Shown here in pieces: positions 36,347 to 46,490 of a stretch of DNA of 64,000 nucleotides. The position numbers and the translations under genes were made by a program. The notes under the pieces were generated by a model, which did not search any database, was not told where the DNA came from, and was given only the letters and a program-made list of their open reading frames with translations. The stretch spans positions 4,032,001 to 4,096,000 of the forward strand of contig OZ244170.1 of assembly GCA_965216565.1 (NCBI GenBank), given 5' to 3'. How positions within the stretch are numbered: position 1 is the first letter of the stretch; the number at the start of each line of letters is the position of its first letter. The stretch comes from Bythopirellula sp. (GTDB lineage: Bacteria; Planctomycetota; Planctomycetia; Pirellulales; Lacipirellulaceae).

Positions 36347-37848
36347 GCGGTTACCCCCGAGGCTGCCTGTGCCTGCTTTGCTTCGCGTGTTGCAATCAGT
36401 GGCACACAGCTAGCCAAGGCAAATATCAGCCAGAAGAACCGAATAAACGAATAGTGCAAGAATATCCCGCACAGGAGATAGGCCAAAATCGCCATCGCAA
36501 ACATTGCCGCCAAATTGGCCAATTCAGGATCACTTTCCAAATGGGTGCGACGAACTTGGTGTAAACCGTGGAGCGTTACCCCGCACATGGCCAGAAATAG
36601 CCCTAACCCCAGCAGACCAATCTCAGAACTCAAGTGGAGGTACAAGCAATGCGCGGCACGATCTTCTTCTTGAGCCCGAAAACCGCCCACCTTGGCGTAC
36701 TTGCGATTGTAGAACGGGAAATTGCCAGGCCCGACTCCTAGCAGTGGATGCTCAGCGGTCACGCGGAGCGCGGCTAGCATTGAAGTAGCACGCCCTTTGA
36801 TGGCGCCATCCACATCTTCGGCATAGGCTGCCTTGTTGCCCGTGATTTGGCCGATGAGGGTTTGGATAGTATCCATGCGGGTCACGAGCTGAGGGAAAGC
36901 TGCAAGCATCAGCAACGACGCCGCACCTAACATCAATAAGTGCCTGCTGCGGATATAACCGGCGAAAACCATGACCATCGTAAGCATCACAAAGGCAACT
37001 GCAGCGCCACGAGAAAACGTCAATATGCAGCCAGCCGCAATTAAGAATGCTGCCGCGACATAGCCAAGTTTTGTCCAAGAAGTCTTGCGAAAGGCAGGTA
37101 GCACAGCCAGCGGCAACAGCATGAGCATGTTTTGTGCGTATCGATTCTGCTCGCCTAGGGGGCCCGCCGAACGACGCTGCTGCACATGCTGGTCCACGGT
37201 GAATCCTCTGCCCTCCATGGGCACCTGTGCAAAGCCGCCATAATTTCTAAGGTGTGTACCGGTTAGTTGCTGGATCGCAGACAAGCCACCCATGAAACTT
37301 CCAGCTACCAACAGTGCAATCACCACTTTCTGCAAACATGCACGCGTGCGGACGACGTTGCAAAGAATCAGAAACAATGCCAAACCTTCGATGACCTGTC
37401 CCTTTAGCATTTCAAGAGCCAGCCCCGGAAATCGAGCCGACATACTACTAATGACTTCCACCGCCAAGAGTCCTAATGCCCATGGCCAAGCGCGGGGGAA
37501 TACGAAAGACTCTTTTTTCGACACCAGCAAATATAGCCACACTAAAAGCAACGCCGCAGGCGGAGCAATCGCGGCTGCCACTTTGGGTACGCCGTGGAAA
37601 CGCATCGCTACAACCGGCACATTGGCAAACAGCATGAAAACGGTGAAGGCCGTGATCAAATCTGGATAACGCACCGCCAGGCAAACCATCGGAATCGCTG
37701 CGCACGCTACGAATACCAACCAGCCATTCGGAGAGGGCAATAGAAATAGCAAGCTTAGCGTCAGCGCAGCGGTTGCCAGCAGCGTGACCATTGGCCAGAC
37801 AACGCCATAACCAGTTTGATTCGTGGAAGTGGTTGAAGGTGTTAGCAA
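36343..37848 (-). CDS. O-antigen ligase/Wzy polymerase family membrane protein
   Basis: LTFSRGA, HPLLGVGPGNF, AHCLYLHLSSEIGLLG; many TMs. Confidence 0.88.
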   Translation of the reverse strand: MLTPSTTSTNQTGYGVVWPMVTLLATAALTLSLLFLLPSPNGWLVFVACAAIPMVCLAVRYPDLITAFTVFMLFANVPVVAMRFHGVPKVAAAIAPPAALLLVWLYLLVSKKESFVFPRAWPWALGLLAVEVISSMSARFPGLALEMLKGQVIEGLALFLILCNVVRTRACLQKVVIALLVAGSFMGGLSAIQQLTGTHLRNYGGFAQVPMEGRGFTVDQHVQQRRSAGPLGEQNRYAQNMLMLLPLAVLPAFRKTSWTKLGYVAAAFLIAAGCILTFSRGAAVAFVMLTMVMVFAGYIRSRHLLMLGAASLLMLAAFPQLVTRMDTIQTLIGQITGNKAAYAEDVDGAIKGRATSMLAALRVTAEHPLLGVGPGNFPFYNRKYAKVGGFRAQEEDRAAHCLYLHLSSEIGLLGLGLFLAMCGVTLHGLHQVRRTHLESDPELANLAAMFAMAILAYLLCGIFLHYSFIRFFWLIFALASCVPLIATREAKQAQAASGVTA

Positions 37849-37877
37849 AATAGAACGGTCTCAATAGTTTTCAGTAG

Positions 37878-39080
37878 TTAGGCTTTCGAGCCAGCGATCT
37901 CAACAGCACGCTGAGGTTCCCACAGGTGAATGCGGCGTCCTCGCACCGTGTTGATAAAAGCAACCAAAGCTGCGGCATTCACTACACAAAAATAGGCAGG
38001 CAGAATCGCAATCTTCAGCGGACCTCGCAACACGGAACCTAGGGCAACGAAACTCAGTGAAAAGCCAACTACAGCAATCGAGTAAAAAAGGACCTGCAGA
38101 CCAAACAGTGCGGCATACACTGGGGAGTGTGTTGCCAGGATTGCGTTAACGACAAAGAGCAAAATCAGCGGGATCACCATCAATCGCCGCAAAACTTTAT
38201 GCGAAAACAGCTGAACGGAGTAGAATCCATGACGGAAGGGATTGAGGAGGTCCCGAACCATCATCACGCCCCGTAGGCCACGTGTCATCACACGAACCTT
38301 ACGCCCGAATTCGATTCCCTGCGATGCAGCCACCGGTTCGTAAGCAGCGGCCTGCTCTGCGAAAACCAATCGATGCCCCTGCTGAATCACCCGTACACTA
38401 GTGATAAAGTCGTCGGTGACTCCGTCCGGCACAGTGAGAAACAACCGCCGCCGGATCGCATAGATGGCTCCTGTTGCGGATATCACATCACCGGCTTGGC
38501 TTTCCCAACGCTTCAGCGCGCGATCCAAATTCCAATAAGCCCTTTCCCCGCCACCTTGATCGGCTTGGCCGGTGTGCTTCTGGTATCGCTGATCTCCCGC
38601 AACGCCGCCAACCTGATCGTCAGCGAATGGGGCAGCCAGCTGACGAATGGCATCGGTGGCGAACATGCTATTGGCATCGGAGAAGACTAAAATATCTCCC
38701 TTAGCACGATCCACTGCTGCGTTGAGAGCTTGCGCTTTGCCTTGTCGGGGTAAATCTAGTGCCATGATTCCTCGATTAGCATATTGGTTCATGATCGCAA
38801 CGGTTTGGTCCGTGGAACCATCAGACGCAACAATGATCTGCAGTTTGTCGGAGGGATAATCCAATTGCATCAAATTCTCGATCTTGTCACCAATGCTGGC
38901 CTCTTCGTTATGTGCGATCACAACAACTGAAACAGAAGGCGAATGCTCCTCTGCCTGCACCGGCTTGGGGAAGAGCCAGGCACGCACCGCAACCAGCAGC
39001 GGAAAGCCGAAGTAGGTGTATGCGACAACCACTACGCCGAACCAGAAAAGTATTTCGAATAAGAACATCTTTGGGATCAC
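37878..39080 (-). CDS. Glycosyltransferase family 2 (membrane-anchored)
   Basis: VSVVVIAHNEE, SDGSTD, GKAQALN, FSDAN, ATGAIYAIRR, TDDF, SHKVLR. Confidence 0.9.
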   Translation of the reverse strand: MIPKMFLFEILFWFGVVVVAYTYFGFPLLVAVRAWLFPKPVQAEEHSPSVSVVVIAHNEEASIGDKIENLMQLDYPSDKLQIIVASDGSTDQTVAIMNQYANRGIMALDLPRQGKAQALNAAVDRAKGDILVFSDANSMFATDAIRQLAAPFADDQVGGVAGDQRYQKHTGQADQGGGERAYWNLDRALKRWESQAGDVISATGAIYAIRRRLFLTVPDGVTDDFITSVRVIQQGHRLVFAEQAAAYEPVAASQGIEFGRKVRVMTRGLRGVMMVRDLLNPFRHGFYSVQLFSHKVLRRLMVIPLILLFVVNAILATHSPVYAALFGLQVLFYSIAVVGFSLSFVALGSVLRGPLKIAILPAYFCVVNAAALVAFINTVRGRRIHLWEPQRAVEIAGSKA

Positions 39081-40465
39081 TACCTAGAAACTGCCGTCGA
39101 ACCAAATAAACTCACAAGTTGTTCCGCATTCTGATGCAGGTCGAAATCCTCCATGATGCGCTCTCTAGCATGCTGGCCCATGCTTTGCCGAAGCTGAGGG
39201 TCTGCGGCAAGTTTGGCAAACGCATCTGCAAAACCCGCCACGTCTTTCGGCGATACCAGGAATCCAATCGCGTCGCTGTTTACGAGCTCTGGAATTCCCG
39301 AGAGTCGACTCGCTACGACCGGCAAGCCACATGCCATCCCTTCCATCAAGGCCACGGGAATTCCTTCCCGCCGCCCATCACTGGTTGGCACGCTGGGTGT
39401 AGCCAATACGTCGGAGTTCCGCAGCAGCTCCACAAGCTCATCGCGCGTTTTCGTCCCATGAAACGTCACGCGGGATTCTAGCGATAATCGCTGGGTAAGC
39501 TCTTGCAGCATCTCCAAATCTGATCCATCGCCTACGAAACTTACTTGAGCATCGATACCCTGCTGCGTGAGTTGATCGAGTGCTTCAATCAAATACCGCT
39601 GGCCTTTCACTTCGTGCAGCGTACCGACGCAGATAATATTCAGGCTGCGAATGGTTTCCTGCTGTCGTTCAGGCAGCGATCGAAATTTCTCCAGGTCCAC
39701 GCCACAGTGGATGATGTTGATCTTCTCCGCATACTTCTGACCGCAATGCTGCAGTATTTGGTCGCGATTGTAAGAGGAGATTGTCACCACAAATGCGGCG
39801 TGTGCGACTTTCTCGCGCAGCATATGTTTGAAACGATGCAGATCCGACCCATGGGCGGTAAAGCTAAAAGGAATATTCGTCAGGCGGTGAATCACATAAG
39901 CCGCCATGGCGGGGTGGTTTGCAAAATGGGCGTGAATATGTTCGACGTTGTCCCGCTTCATCTGGCGAGCGAAGGCAACGCATTTGGGATAGATCGTGAG
40001 ACCGCCAACAAGAAAATTTCGGTTTCCCAGGTTCCAACGAACAATTTGCCAAAGCGTGGAGAGGTAGCACAGCGGCTGCTGGAAGAACGTTTGCAAGTTG
40101 GCCAGAAGTATCTCGCCGTTCACAAAGGGCATGTATCGCGCTTTGGCTACGTAGCCTTCAGCTTCCGCGTGCATTACCTTCGGTTTGGGCGAAGCCGAGA
40201 GATAGTCCTTCAACTTCCGAAACAGCCCTGCCCCCGCGACTTCTTTTCCGCTGGCACTGCCTCCAAGCAATGGAAAGATCTCGACGTCGACCCCCTGACG
40301 CTCTACGGCAATCATTTCATACAGAACAAATGTCTCGGTGAGCTTAGGAAACCGCGACATCAGATAAGCAACTTTACAAATCTGTCGAGGAGCGTCCACG
40401 GCTGGAGAGTCGAAGCCGTGCTCAGTGGCCTCGGGGCATTCTATGGTCGAAGAAGGCTGGCTCAT
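39080..40465 (-). CDS. Glycosyltransferase family 4 (WcaL-like)
   Basis: FPKLTETF, HIHAHFA, FTAHGSD, EGIPVALMEGMACG (Ex7E). Confidence 0.92.
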   Translation of the reverse strand: MSQPSSTIECPEATEHGFDSPAVDAPRQICKVAYLMSRFPKLTETFVLYEMIAVERQGVDVEIFPLLGGSASGKEVAGAGLFRKLKDYLSASPKPKVMHAEAEGYVAKARYMPFVNGEILLANLQTFFQQPLCYLSTLWQIVRWNLGNRNFLVGGLTIYPKCVAFARQMKRDNVEHIHAHFANHPAMAAYVIHRLTNIPFSFTAHGSDLHRFKHMLREKVAHAAFVVTISSYNRDQILQHCGQKYAEKINIIHCGVDLEKFRSLPERQQETIRSLNIICVGTLHEVKGQRYLIEALDQLTQQGIDAQVSFVGDGSDLEMLQELTQRLSLESRVTFHGTKTRDELVELLRNSDVLATPSVPTSDGRREGIPVALMEGMACGLPVVASRLSGIPELVNSDAIGFLVSPKDVAGFADAFAKLAADPQLRQSMGQHARERIMEDFDLHQNAEQLVSLFGSTAVSR

Positions 40466-41382
40466 TGTGCAACTGTCGTGGCCTCCTGGCTAGCCTGTCT
40501 CGAGTCGAGAGTGGCAGCCATGTTGGGTTCAAGATGCAGGTCACCATTGCTCATGGCCACTGATGCTGCAGCGCGAATCGATTCAATCTCTGCCTCTTCC
40601 GATTCCGCCCGTTCGATTAAGCCAAATGCTGTGACTTCATCCTCGGGGAACATCGAAATACCAACTTTAAGATCAATACCCAAGTTGCGGCTAACGTCTT
40701 CCTGCATTTTGGCGGCAATTGCCAGAGCCTCCTCGCGGCTGAGCTCTGGTAGAAGAGCGAGGAAGTGTTCTTTGGTTTGGGTCAGGATGTCGCACGACCG
40801 GAGATGTTCCGACAAATACTCTGCAGCTTGTGCCGAAATATATTGCTGGATCAGCTTCTCGCGAAACTCTTGAGTGAAGCGGTCTAGGGCATTCTCTCCC
40901 TCGCCGGCTTCCGGATTGAGGGCCAGCATGGCAATTGGTCGGTGGAATAGCCGCGCTCGACGCACTTCTTGGACAACGGCCGATTGCGCTTCTTCGTAGG
41001 GAATTGTGCGAACCGTGGCATGGCTGACGATGGCAGTTGCGGCGGCGGAATGGAATTCATCAATTTTCTTCCCGAGCAGATAACTCAAAGCAATGGTCGT
41101 CCAAGTGGCCAAGATTTCGGTGACCATCAATGCAAAAGCATTCTCCTGCGGGCCGTACCCTGCCATGGCTCGAAGAGTCACCACACACACAACCGCCAGC
41201 GGAATATACCAATAGACCGAGATGCGGCGCAGCGAGGAAATTCCCAGTACCAACATACCCAGCACAGGCGCCAGGAGATAAACGAACGAGGCTAGGTTGA
41301 CCTGCTCATTAACACGTTCCACGTTGTAGAACGCGAAGAACCAGCCAAACAAAACCAAAATAGATAGATAAAGGCGTCCCAT
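40462..41382 (-). CDS. 4-TM membrane protein with degenerate GGDEF domain (PelD-like candidate c-di-GMP receptor)
   Basis: EVRRARLFHRPIAML, LRSCD (RxxD), TKEHF in place of GGDEF, VGISMFPED. Confidence 0.7.
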   Translation of the reverse strand: MGRLYLSILVLFGWFFAFYNVERVNEQVNLASFVYLLAPVLGMLVLGISSLRRISVYWYIPLAVVCVVTLRAMAGYGPQENAFALMVTEILATWTTIALSYLLGKKIDEFHSAAATAIVSHATVRTIPYEEAQSAVVQEVRRARLFHRPIAMLALNPEAGEGENALDRFTQEFREKLIQQYISAQAAEYLSEHLRSCDILTQTKEHFLALLPELSREEALAIAAKMQEDVSRNLGIDLKVGISMFPEDEVTAFGLIERAESEEAEIESIRAAASVAMSNGDLHLEPNMAATLDSRQASQEATTVAQ

Positions 41383-41464
41383 AATTGTTTGAACTTAGGT
41401 GTCCTCTTGAAGTGTCGTCTTGATATTTCTCTGCATAACTTTGTGAAATAGACTCTTGAGGTGG

Positions 41465-42115
41465 TCAGTAAGCACCCCGTTTAGAAACGATGGCGAACAC
41501 AGTTAACACCAAAATGCGAATGTCGTAGAAGAATGACTGGTTTTCCAAATACTCGATATCGAGCTGCGCGCGTTCTTCAAAATCGATATCACTTCGACCA
41601 CTGATCTGCCATAGACCGGTGATACCGGGCGTTACCTCTAATCGCTCTGTGTGTCGAAGCTCATAGGTTTCCGCTGCAAAGGACGTTGGTCGAGGGCCCA
41701 CGAGGCTCATGTTTCCGATTAAGACATTGATTAGTTGCGGCAACTCGTCCAAGCTCGTGCGACGTAAGAACGACCCCACGCGTGTAATCCGTGGATCGTT
41801 GGAAATCTTGAAGTCAGGCAGCGTGAGCTCATTCAGGTGGGCCAGTTCCTTCTTCAGTTCTTCAGCATTCGTGACCATGGTGCGGAACTTGAACATCTTG
41901 AACCGACGCCCCCCGATGCCGGTGCGATTCTGAAAGAAAAAGATTGGGCGACCATCTTCAATCCAGATAGCGGCCATGCAGCACAACATCAGTGGCAGAA
42001 ACACAGGTAGCGCACAGAGGACGACGAAGATGTCGAGAAAGCGCTTCGAACGACTAACTCGTCGTTGAATGCCAGGTGACTTGCGTAACAGGACTTGTTG
42101 CACGACAACACTCAA
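41465..42115 (-). CDS. Priming sugar transferase (bacterial sugar transferase, undecaprenyl-P glycosylphosphotransferase)
   Basis: KRFLD, KFRTM, DPRITRVG..LRRTSLDELPQL, MSLVGPRP, PGITGLWQ. Confidence 0.95.
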   Translation of the reverse strand: MSVVVQQVLLRKSPGIQRRVSRSKRFLDIFVVLCALPVFLPLMLCCMAAIWIEDGRPIFFFQNRTGIGGRRFKMFKFRTMVTNAEELKKELAHLNELTLPDFKISNDPRITRVGSFLRRTSLDELPQLINVLIGNMSLVGPRPTSFAAETYELRHTERLEVTPGITGLWQISGRSDIDFEERAQLDIEYLENQSFFYDIRILVLTVFAIVSKRGAY

Positions 42116-42133
42116 TGTCTGGAGGTGGGGAGA

Positions 42134-43567
42134 TTAACGAGAGCGGTTGGCCAGAGGGATGAAGGCCAGCATCGAGCTGCCAAGCATTCCCATCAACAAA
42201 CTGCCACCAATCACGATCTTCTTGTTGGGCCAGGCAGGCTTGATGTTAGGCGTCGGCGGCTGCAATACGGTTACGCGAAGATCAGCTCCCCCTTCATTAG
42301 CAACATCCTTCGTCAGTCGCATTTCTGTCAGCTGGACGACGATCGAGCTGTGCAGCACTTCAAGTTGTTCAATCTGTTTTTGAAGATGCAGTTGTTCTAA
42401 ACGTTGGCGGTCGACGATCTTGGCATTGGCGAGTTCTTCTTCGTACAGCTTGCGGAGTCGGTCCTCCTGCATTTGCACAGCGCGTAGTTCTCGATCGAGC
42501 ACTCGCGGGGCTCGGTCAACGAGCGTTTGCAACCGTTGTTTCCAATCGGCAATCTGCTTATTGACCGCTCGCAATTCGGGATGCTTGGCATGGTATTTTT
42601 CAACGAGTTCTTGACGCCGGACTTCGGCTTGAAATAACTCTTGTTGCAAGGCAACAGGTTCTTGCATGCTCCGCATGTCAATCTCATTGAGCATTTGCAA
42701 GGCAGCCCAACCTTGCTCGGAACTGGCGTCATTCGATTCCAACTTCGCCACTGCCTGATCCCCCGAGGGAGCATAGTTGGCAGTCACCACTTGGGCTTCA
42801 GATCTGGAAGAAGCAGAGGCCGGCAAGACAAGTGCTTCGTTCGTGCGAGACATTTCAATATCTAACGTGGCAATGCGATTCTCGAGTCCGATGCGTCGGC
42901 CGCGTACCTCTGTGTAGGCCGTCGCCAAATCTTGCAGCTGTGACTGTTGAAGTGCCCACCCTGCATCGGTACTACCCAGGACGGAACCCGTTTCGACCAA
43001 CTCGCGGAACTCGAGCCGCAATGCTTCCAGTTCACCACGAATGCCTTCTTCAGTTTGCGCTAGCGAATTAAGGGCATCGATCTGACCGCCTTGATCGAGC
43101 TTCAAGAGAAACTCTTGATAGTGCTCGATCAAATGCTCGGTAATTAGCTCACCCTGCACGCGATCGTCCCAGCGGAGAGATACGTTGAGTATCCGTGTGC
43201 CTACGATCGGTTTGACGGTTAGTTCTTCAGAAAGAATTAAGTGTAATTCTTCCGAGGTGAGCGGGCTCGTGGCAGGCCCATTCTGAAAGCTCGAGATAGC
43301 CTGGCTAACAATGTGCCAACTCGACAAGACTTCCGCTTGCGTGGCTGTTAGTTCGGCATCGCGTTGCAATGCCTCTTTCTTCTCCAGGCGTAGCAATCGA
43401 CTACCAGGCTCAAGCAGTAAATTGGCTTGGATTTCGTAGAGTGGCGTTGCTGTTTTGTAATACGCTATTCCTAGGGCCAAACAAGCCAAAAGAATGGCAG
43501 CAATCCAAAACTTTCGTCTCCACAAGCGGAGCAGAAGTTCAATAGGTGTAATATTAAAGTCGTCCAA
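42134..43567 (-). CDS. Polysaccharide co-polymerase (GumC/Wzc periplasmic part, no tyrosine kinase domain)
   Basis: N- and C-terminal TMs, TPLYE, long coiled coil, YHAKHPE, PxPxxxPxxP before the C-terminal TM. Confidence 0.85.
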   Translation of the reverse strand: MDDFNITPIELLLRLWRRKFWIAAILLACLALGIAYYKTATPLYEIQANLLLEPGSRLLRLEKKEALQRDAELTATQAEVLSSWHIVSQAISSFQNGPATSPLTSEELHLILSEELTVKPIVGTRILNVSLRWDDRVQGELITEHLIEHYQEFLLKLDQGGQIDALNSLAQTEEGIRGELEALRLEFRELVETGSVLGSTDAGWALQQSQLQDLATAYTEVRGRRIGLENRIATLDIEMSRTNEALVLPASASSRSEAQVVTANYAPSGDQAVAKLESNDASSEQGWAALQMLNEIDMRSMQEPVALQQELFQAEVRRQELVEKYHAKHPELRAVNKQIADWKQRLQTLVDRAPRVLDRELRAVQMQEDRLRKLYEEELANAKIVDRQRLEQLHLQKQIEQLEVLHSSIVVQLTEMRLTKDVANEGGADLRVTVLQPPTPNIKPAWPNKKIVIGGSLLMGMLGSSMLAFIPLANRSR

Positions 43568-43864
43568 AACTACGTGTCCTCAGCGCAAGAGTGGCCATTG
43601 ATTGACAATCAGCGAAGTCAGAATTCTCCCCATGCCAGAGCAGTGCAGTGCTGCTAGTCGGCGGCCGGTTGTAGAGATGGCCTCGAAGCTATGCTTCGCA
43701 TGATATTCGCTTGGCTTCACATGATCTTCACACCCCAGATTATCCCAGCCCAACTGTTTGTCAAACTAATTGCCAATCGGCAACGCGTCGTCTTTTATGT
43801 GTGTCATCAAGGACGGGAGATCGTCGCCGGCCGAGAGTGTGATCGGAAGGCACTGATGTTCAGA

Positions 43865-43915
43865 TAACTGTAGCGATTTTCAATTAACTGTAGCGGATGT
43901 CACTTAAGTGTAGCG
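43865..43915 (+). promoter_or_regulatory. Three direct repeats TAA(C/G)TGTAGCG at exact 20-bp spacing; candidate operator array
   Basis: Copies start at 43865, 43885 and 43905 in the divergent intergenic region between the EPS operon and the C5-epimerase. Confidence 0.55.
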
Positions 43916-44232
43916 GTCAGGGCAATTGCCCTGACTCCTGATGCTGATATTAAAAGTAAAAAAAGCGCAGCGATTCTTTCAACGGGCCACGACAACGCCG
44001 CTTATTGGACAGTGACGTCGCAATCAATTGGCTAAGACTGCCGCTTTGTCATTTCGCAGAAGCGTATGCGGAGCAAACACTCTCAGCGACGTACTTGGCC
44101 TTGGATATGTGCGAAGTAGTTTTGCAAAGTTCTGAACATTGCTCACAGTCGCAATTACAATGGAAGGGCGCTTAATGCAAGCTACAAGTGCTCTCAATCT
44201 TTACTCGCACTGCCTGTCCGAAGGCTATTACG

Positions 44233-45264
44233 ATGCCAAGTTGGTTTAGTCCCTATTCCGTATATGCCAGAATGCCGCGCGACTATTGGCATGTTCGCGA
44301 ACCGACCGGTAAGCACATCGAGGTCAACTCGCTAGGCGGATATCCCATCGATATGCGCGGCAAGGCAGAGCCCTACTCGGGTGAGTCGAAAGACGGCTTT
44401 CCTCTGCGTGATCAGAATCGGGAAGGCCTACAACTGCTGCCAGTGACCGTCACGCAAATGGCCCTGGGTCACTACGATTGTTGGCTTGAAGATCAATCGG
44501 AGGAACGTGTCGATACGATTCGGCGTTGTGCCGAATGGCTTTGTGAACATCATGGTTCTTGCCCGGCGAAGCTAGACGGTTGGTCGTACCATTTCGATCA
44601 TGGACGGCTGGGGATTCGAGCACCGTTCATCTCTGCCATGGGCCAAGGCCAGGGCATTTCCTTGTTGGTCCGTGCGCACAAGATAATTGGTGACGACCGT
44701 TATTTAGAGACGTGTCACCAAGCGATGAAGCCTTTCTATGAAGGCTTAGCGGATGGCGGTGTGACAGCGTATTTGCCTGACAATGGAATCTATTTCGAGG
44801 AATATCCTTGCCAACCGTACAGTCATATTCTTAATGGGCACATGTTCGCCCTATGGGGTGTCCACGACTACGGCATCTATTTGGATGACGATAAAGCCCT
44901 GCAGCTGGCCCAAGCGGGTGCGGATACTCTCGCTAAGCTCCTGCCGCGTTACGACATTGGTTATTGGTCTCGCTATGGGCTGTTCCCTCATCCCACTCCG
45001 AACGTCGCTAGCCCCTTCTATCACGAGCTACACATCGCTCAGCTGCGCGCGATGCATCTCATGTATCGGCATCAAGTGTATGCCGACTTCGCCGACCGTT
45101 GGGAACGGCAATTCACAAGTTGGATCAATTTCACTCGGGCTGTATATGCCAAGGTGCGTATCAAGAAGTGGGTTAAGGCAACCAAGCAACAACTGGCAGC
45201 CCAAGGTATCGAGGTAGATGCTGCCACTGACATTTGGACAGGAAGTAAACAGATAGGCACGTGA
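44233..45264 (+). CDS. D-glucuronyl C5-epimerase family protein
   Basis: SAMGQGQGISLLVRA, YFEEYP, HILNGHMFALWG, YDIGYWSRY, YHELHIAQL match the GLCE C-terminal domain pattern; likely start ATG 44233 (ORF from 44188). Confidence 0.88.
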   Translation: MPSWFSPYSVYARMPRDYWHVREPTGKHIEVNSLGGYPIDMRGKAEPYSGESKDGFPLRDQNREGLQLLPVTVTQMALGHYDCWLEDQSEERVDTIRRCAEWLCEHHGSCPAKLDGWSYHFDHGRLGIRAPFISAMGQGQGISLLVRAHKIIGDDRYLETCHQAMKPFYEGLADGGVTAYLPDNGIYFEEYPCQPYSHILNGHMFALWGVHDYGIYLDDDKALQLAQAGADTLAKLLPRYDIGYWSRYGLFPHPTPNVASPFYHELHIAQLRAMHLMYRHQVYADFADRWERQFTSWINFTRAVYAKVRIKKWVKATKQQLAAQGIEVDAATDIWTGSKQIGT

Positions 45265-45337
45265 AGAATGCTAAAGAGATAGGTCCCAATAGCTGGCAAC
45301 GACGATAACACTTCTTTGACTAACCAGATCGCTCTTT

Positions 45338-46378
45338 ATGAAACGTATATTACTAACAGGTGCTGCTGGCTTCATCGGTTTCCATGTTGCCAAAGAGTTT
45401 CTGGCCCGCGGCGATGCCGTTGTGGGTGTGGATAATCTCAACGAATACTATGAAGTTGAACTGAAGCACGCGCGACTACGAGTCTTGGACGAGTATCCTA
45501 ACTTCGATTTCTATCGACTCGACCTCGCCGAACGGGAACATACCCAGGAACTCATCGAGAGCCAATCCTGGGACGCAATCGTTCATTTGGCAGCACAGGT
45601 GGGGGTGCGTTACTCGGTAGAAAACCCAATGGCGTATGTCGATAGCAACTTGTTGGGTTTCATGCATGTGCTGGACGGTGCTCACAAGGCAGGGGTTGAT
45701 CATTTCGTCTACGCATCATCAAGTTCGGTTTACGGGGCCAATCGCAAGATGCCGTTTTCGGTGAACGACAATGTCGATCACCCGATCAGCCTTTACGCAG
45801 CAACAAAGCGCGCCAACGAATTGTTGGCCCATTCGTATAGCGACATTGCTGGGTTACCAACTACCGGTCTGCGATTCTTTACGGTCTATGGTCCCTGGGG
45901 ACGACCTGATATGGCTGTCTTCAAGTTTGCGCGCCTGATCATGGCTGGCGAGCCGATCCCCGTGTTTAATCGTGGCAAGATGAAACGCGACTTCACGTTC
46001 GTCGACGATGTAGCCAATTCGATTGTCCGGCTAACCGATCGGCCACCCAGCAAGAATCCCATGTGGATGCCAGATTCCCAGGATCCCAGCCAGAGCCGCG
46101 CACCGTTCCGGACCTACAACATTGGTAATCATACGCCGGTGGAACTAGACCATCTGATCCATGTCTTGGAAGAGGCACTCGGTGTTAAGGCGAAACGCGA
46201 ACTACTTCCTATGCAGCCAGGCGACGTCCACATGACCTACGCGGATGTGACAACGCTAATCGAGGACGTCGACTTCCAGCCTTCCACCAGTATCGAAGAT
46301 GGCATCGCCCAGTTTGTCGAGTGGTACCGCAGCTATCATGGTGCCCAAGAAGAAAGCGCCATCTACACCGATACGTAG
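45338..46378 (+). CDS. NAD-dependent epimerase, UDP-glucuronate 4-epimerase-like
   Basis: TGAAGFIG, HLAAQVGVRYS, YASSSSVYG, SLYAATK, FTVYGPWGRPDMA, MQPGDV. Confidence 0.93.
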   Translation: MKRILLTGAAGFIGFHVAKEFLARGDAVVGVDNLNEYYEVELKHARLRVLDEYPNFDFYRLDLAEREHTQELIESQSWDAIVHLAAQVGVRYSVENPMAYVDSNLLGFMHVLDGAHKAGVDHFVYASSSSVYGANRKMPFSVNDNVDHPISLYAATKRANELLAHSYSDIAGLPTTGLRFFTVYGPWGRPDMAVFKFARLIMAGEPIPVFNRGKMKRDFTFVDDVANSIVRLTDRPPSKNPMWMPDSQDPSQSRAPFRTYNIGNHTPVELDHLIHVLEEALGVKAKRELLPMQPGDVHMTYADVTTLIEDVDFQPSTSIEDGIAQFVEWYRSYHGAQEESAIYTDT

Positions 46379-46490
46379 GCCTATTGCAACGTTAGGGGTC
46401 GGAGTTTCTGGGCTTACGCAATCGGATGGTAGGTGCGATGCGAGTCGGTCCTAAATTAGGACTAGTCGTCTGCGGTGATAGCTGGGTTCC

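Noticed and set aside
39545..40873. 442-aa ORF on + strand
   Set aside because: Antisense shadow of the well-supported GT4 and GGDEF-like genes; no recognisable motifs
43865..43915. Possible mini-CRISPR array
   Set aside because: 11-bp repeats with 9-bp spacers are far too short, and there are no cas genes in the window
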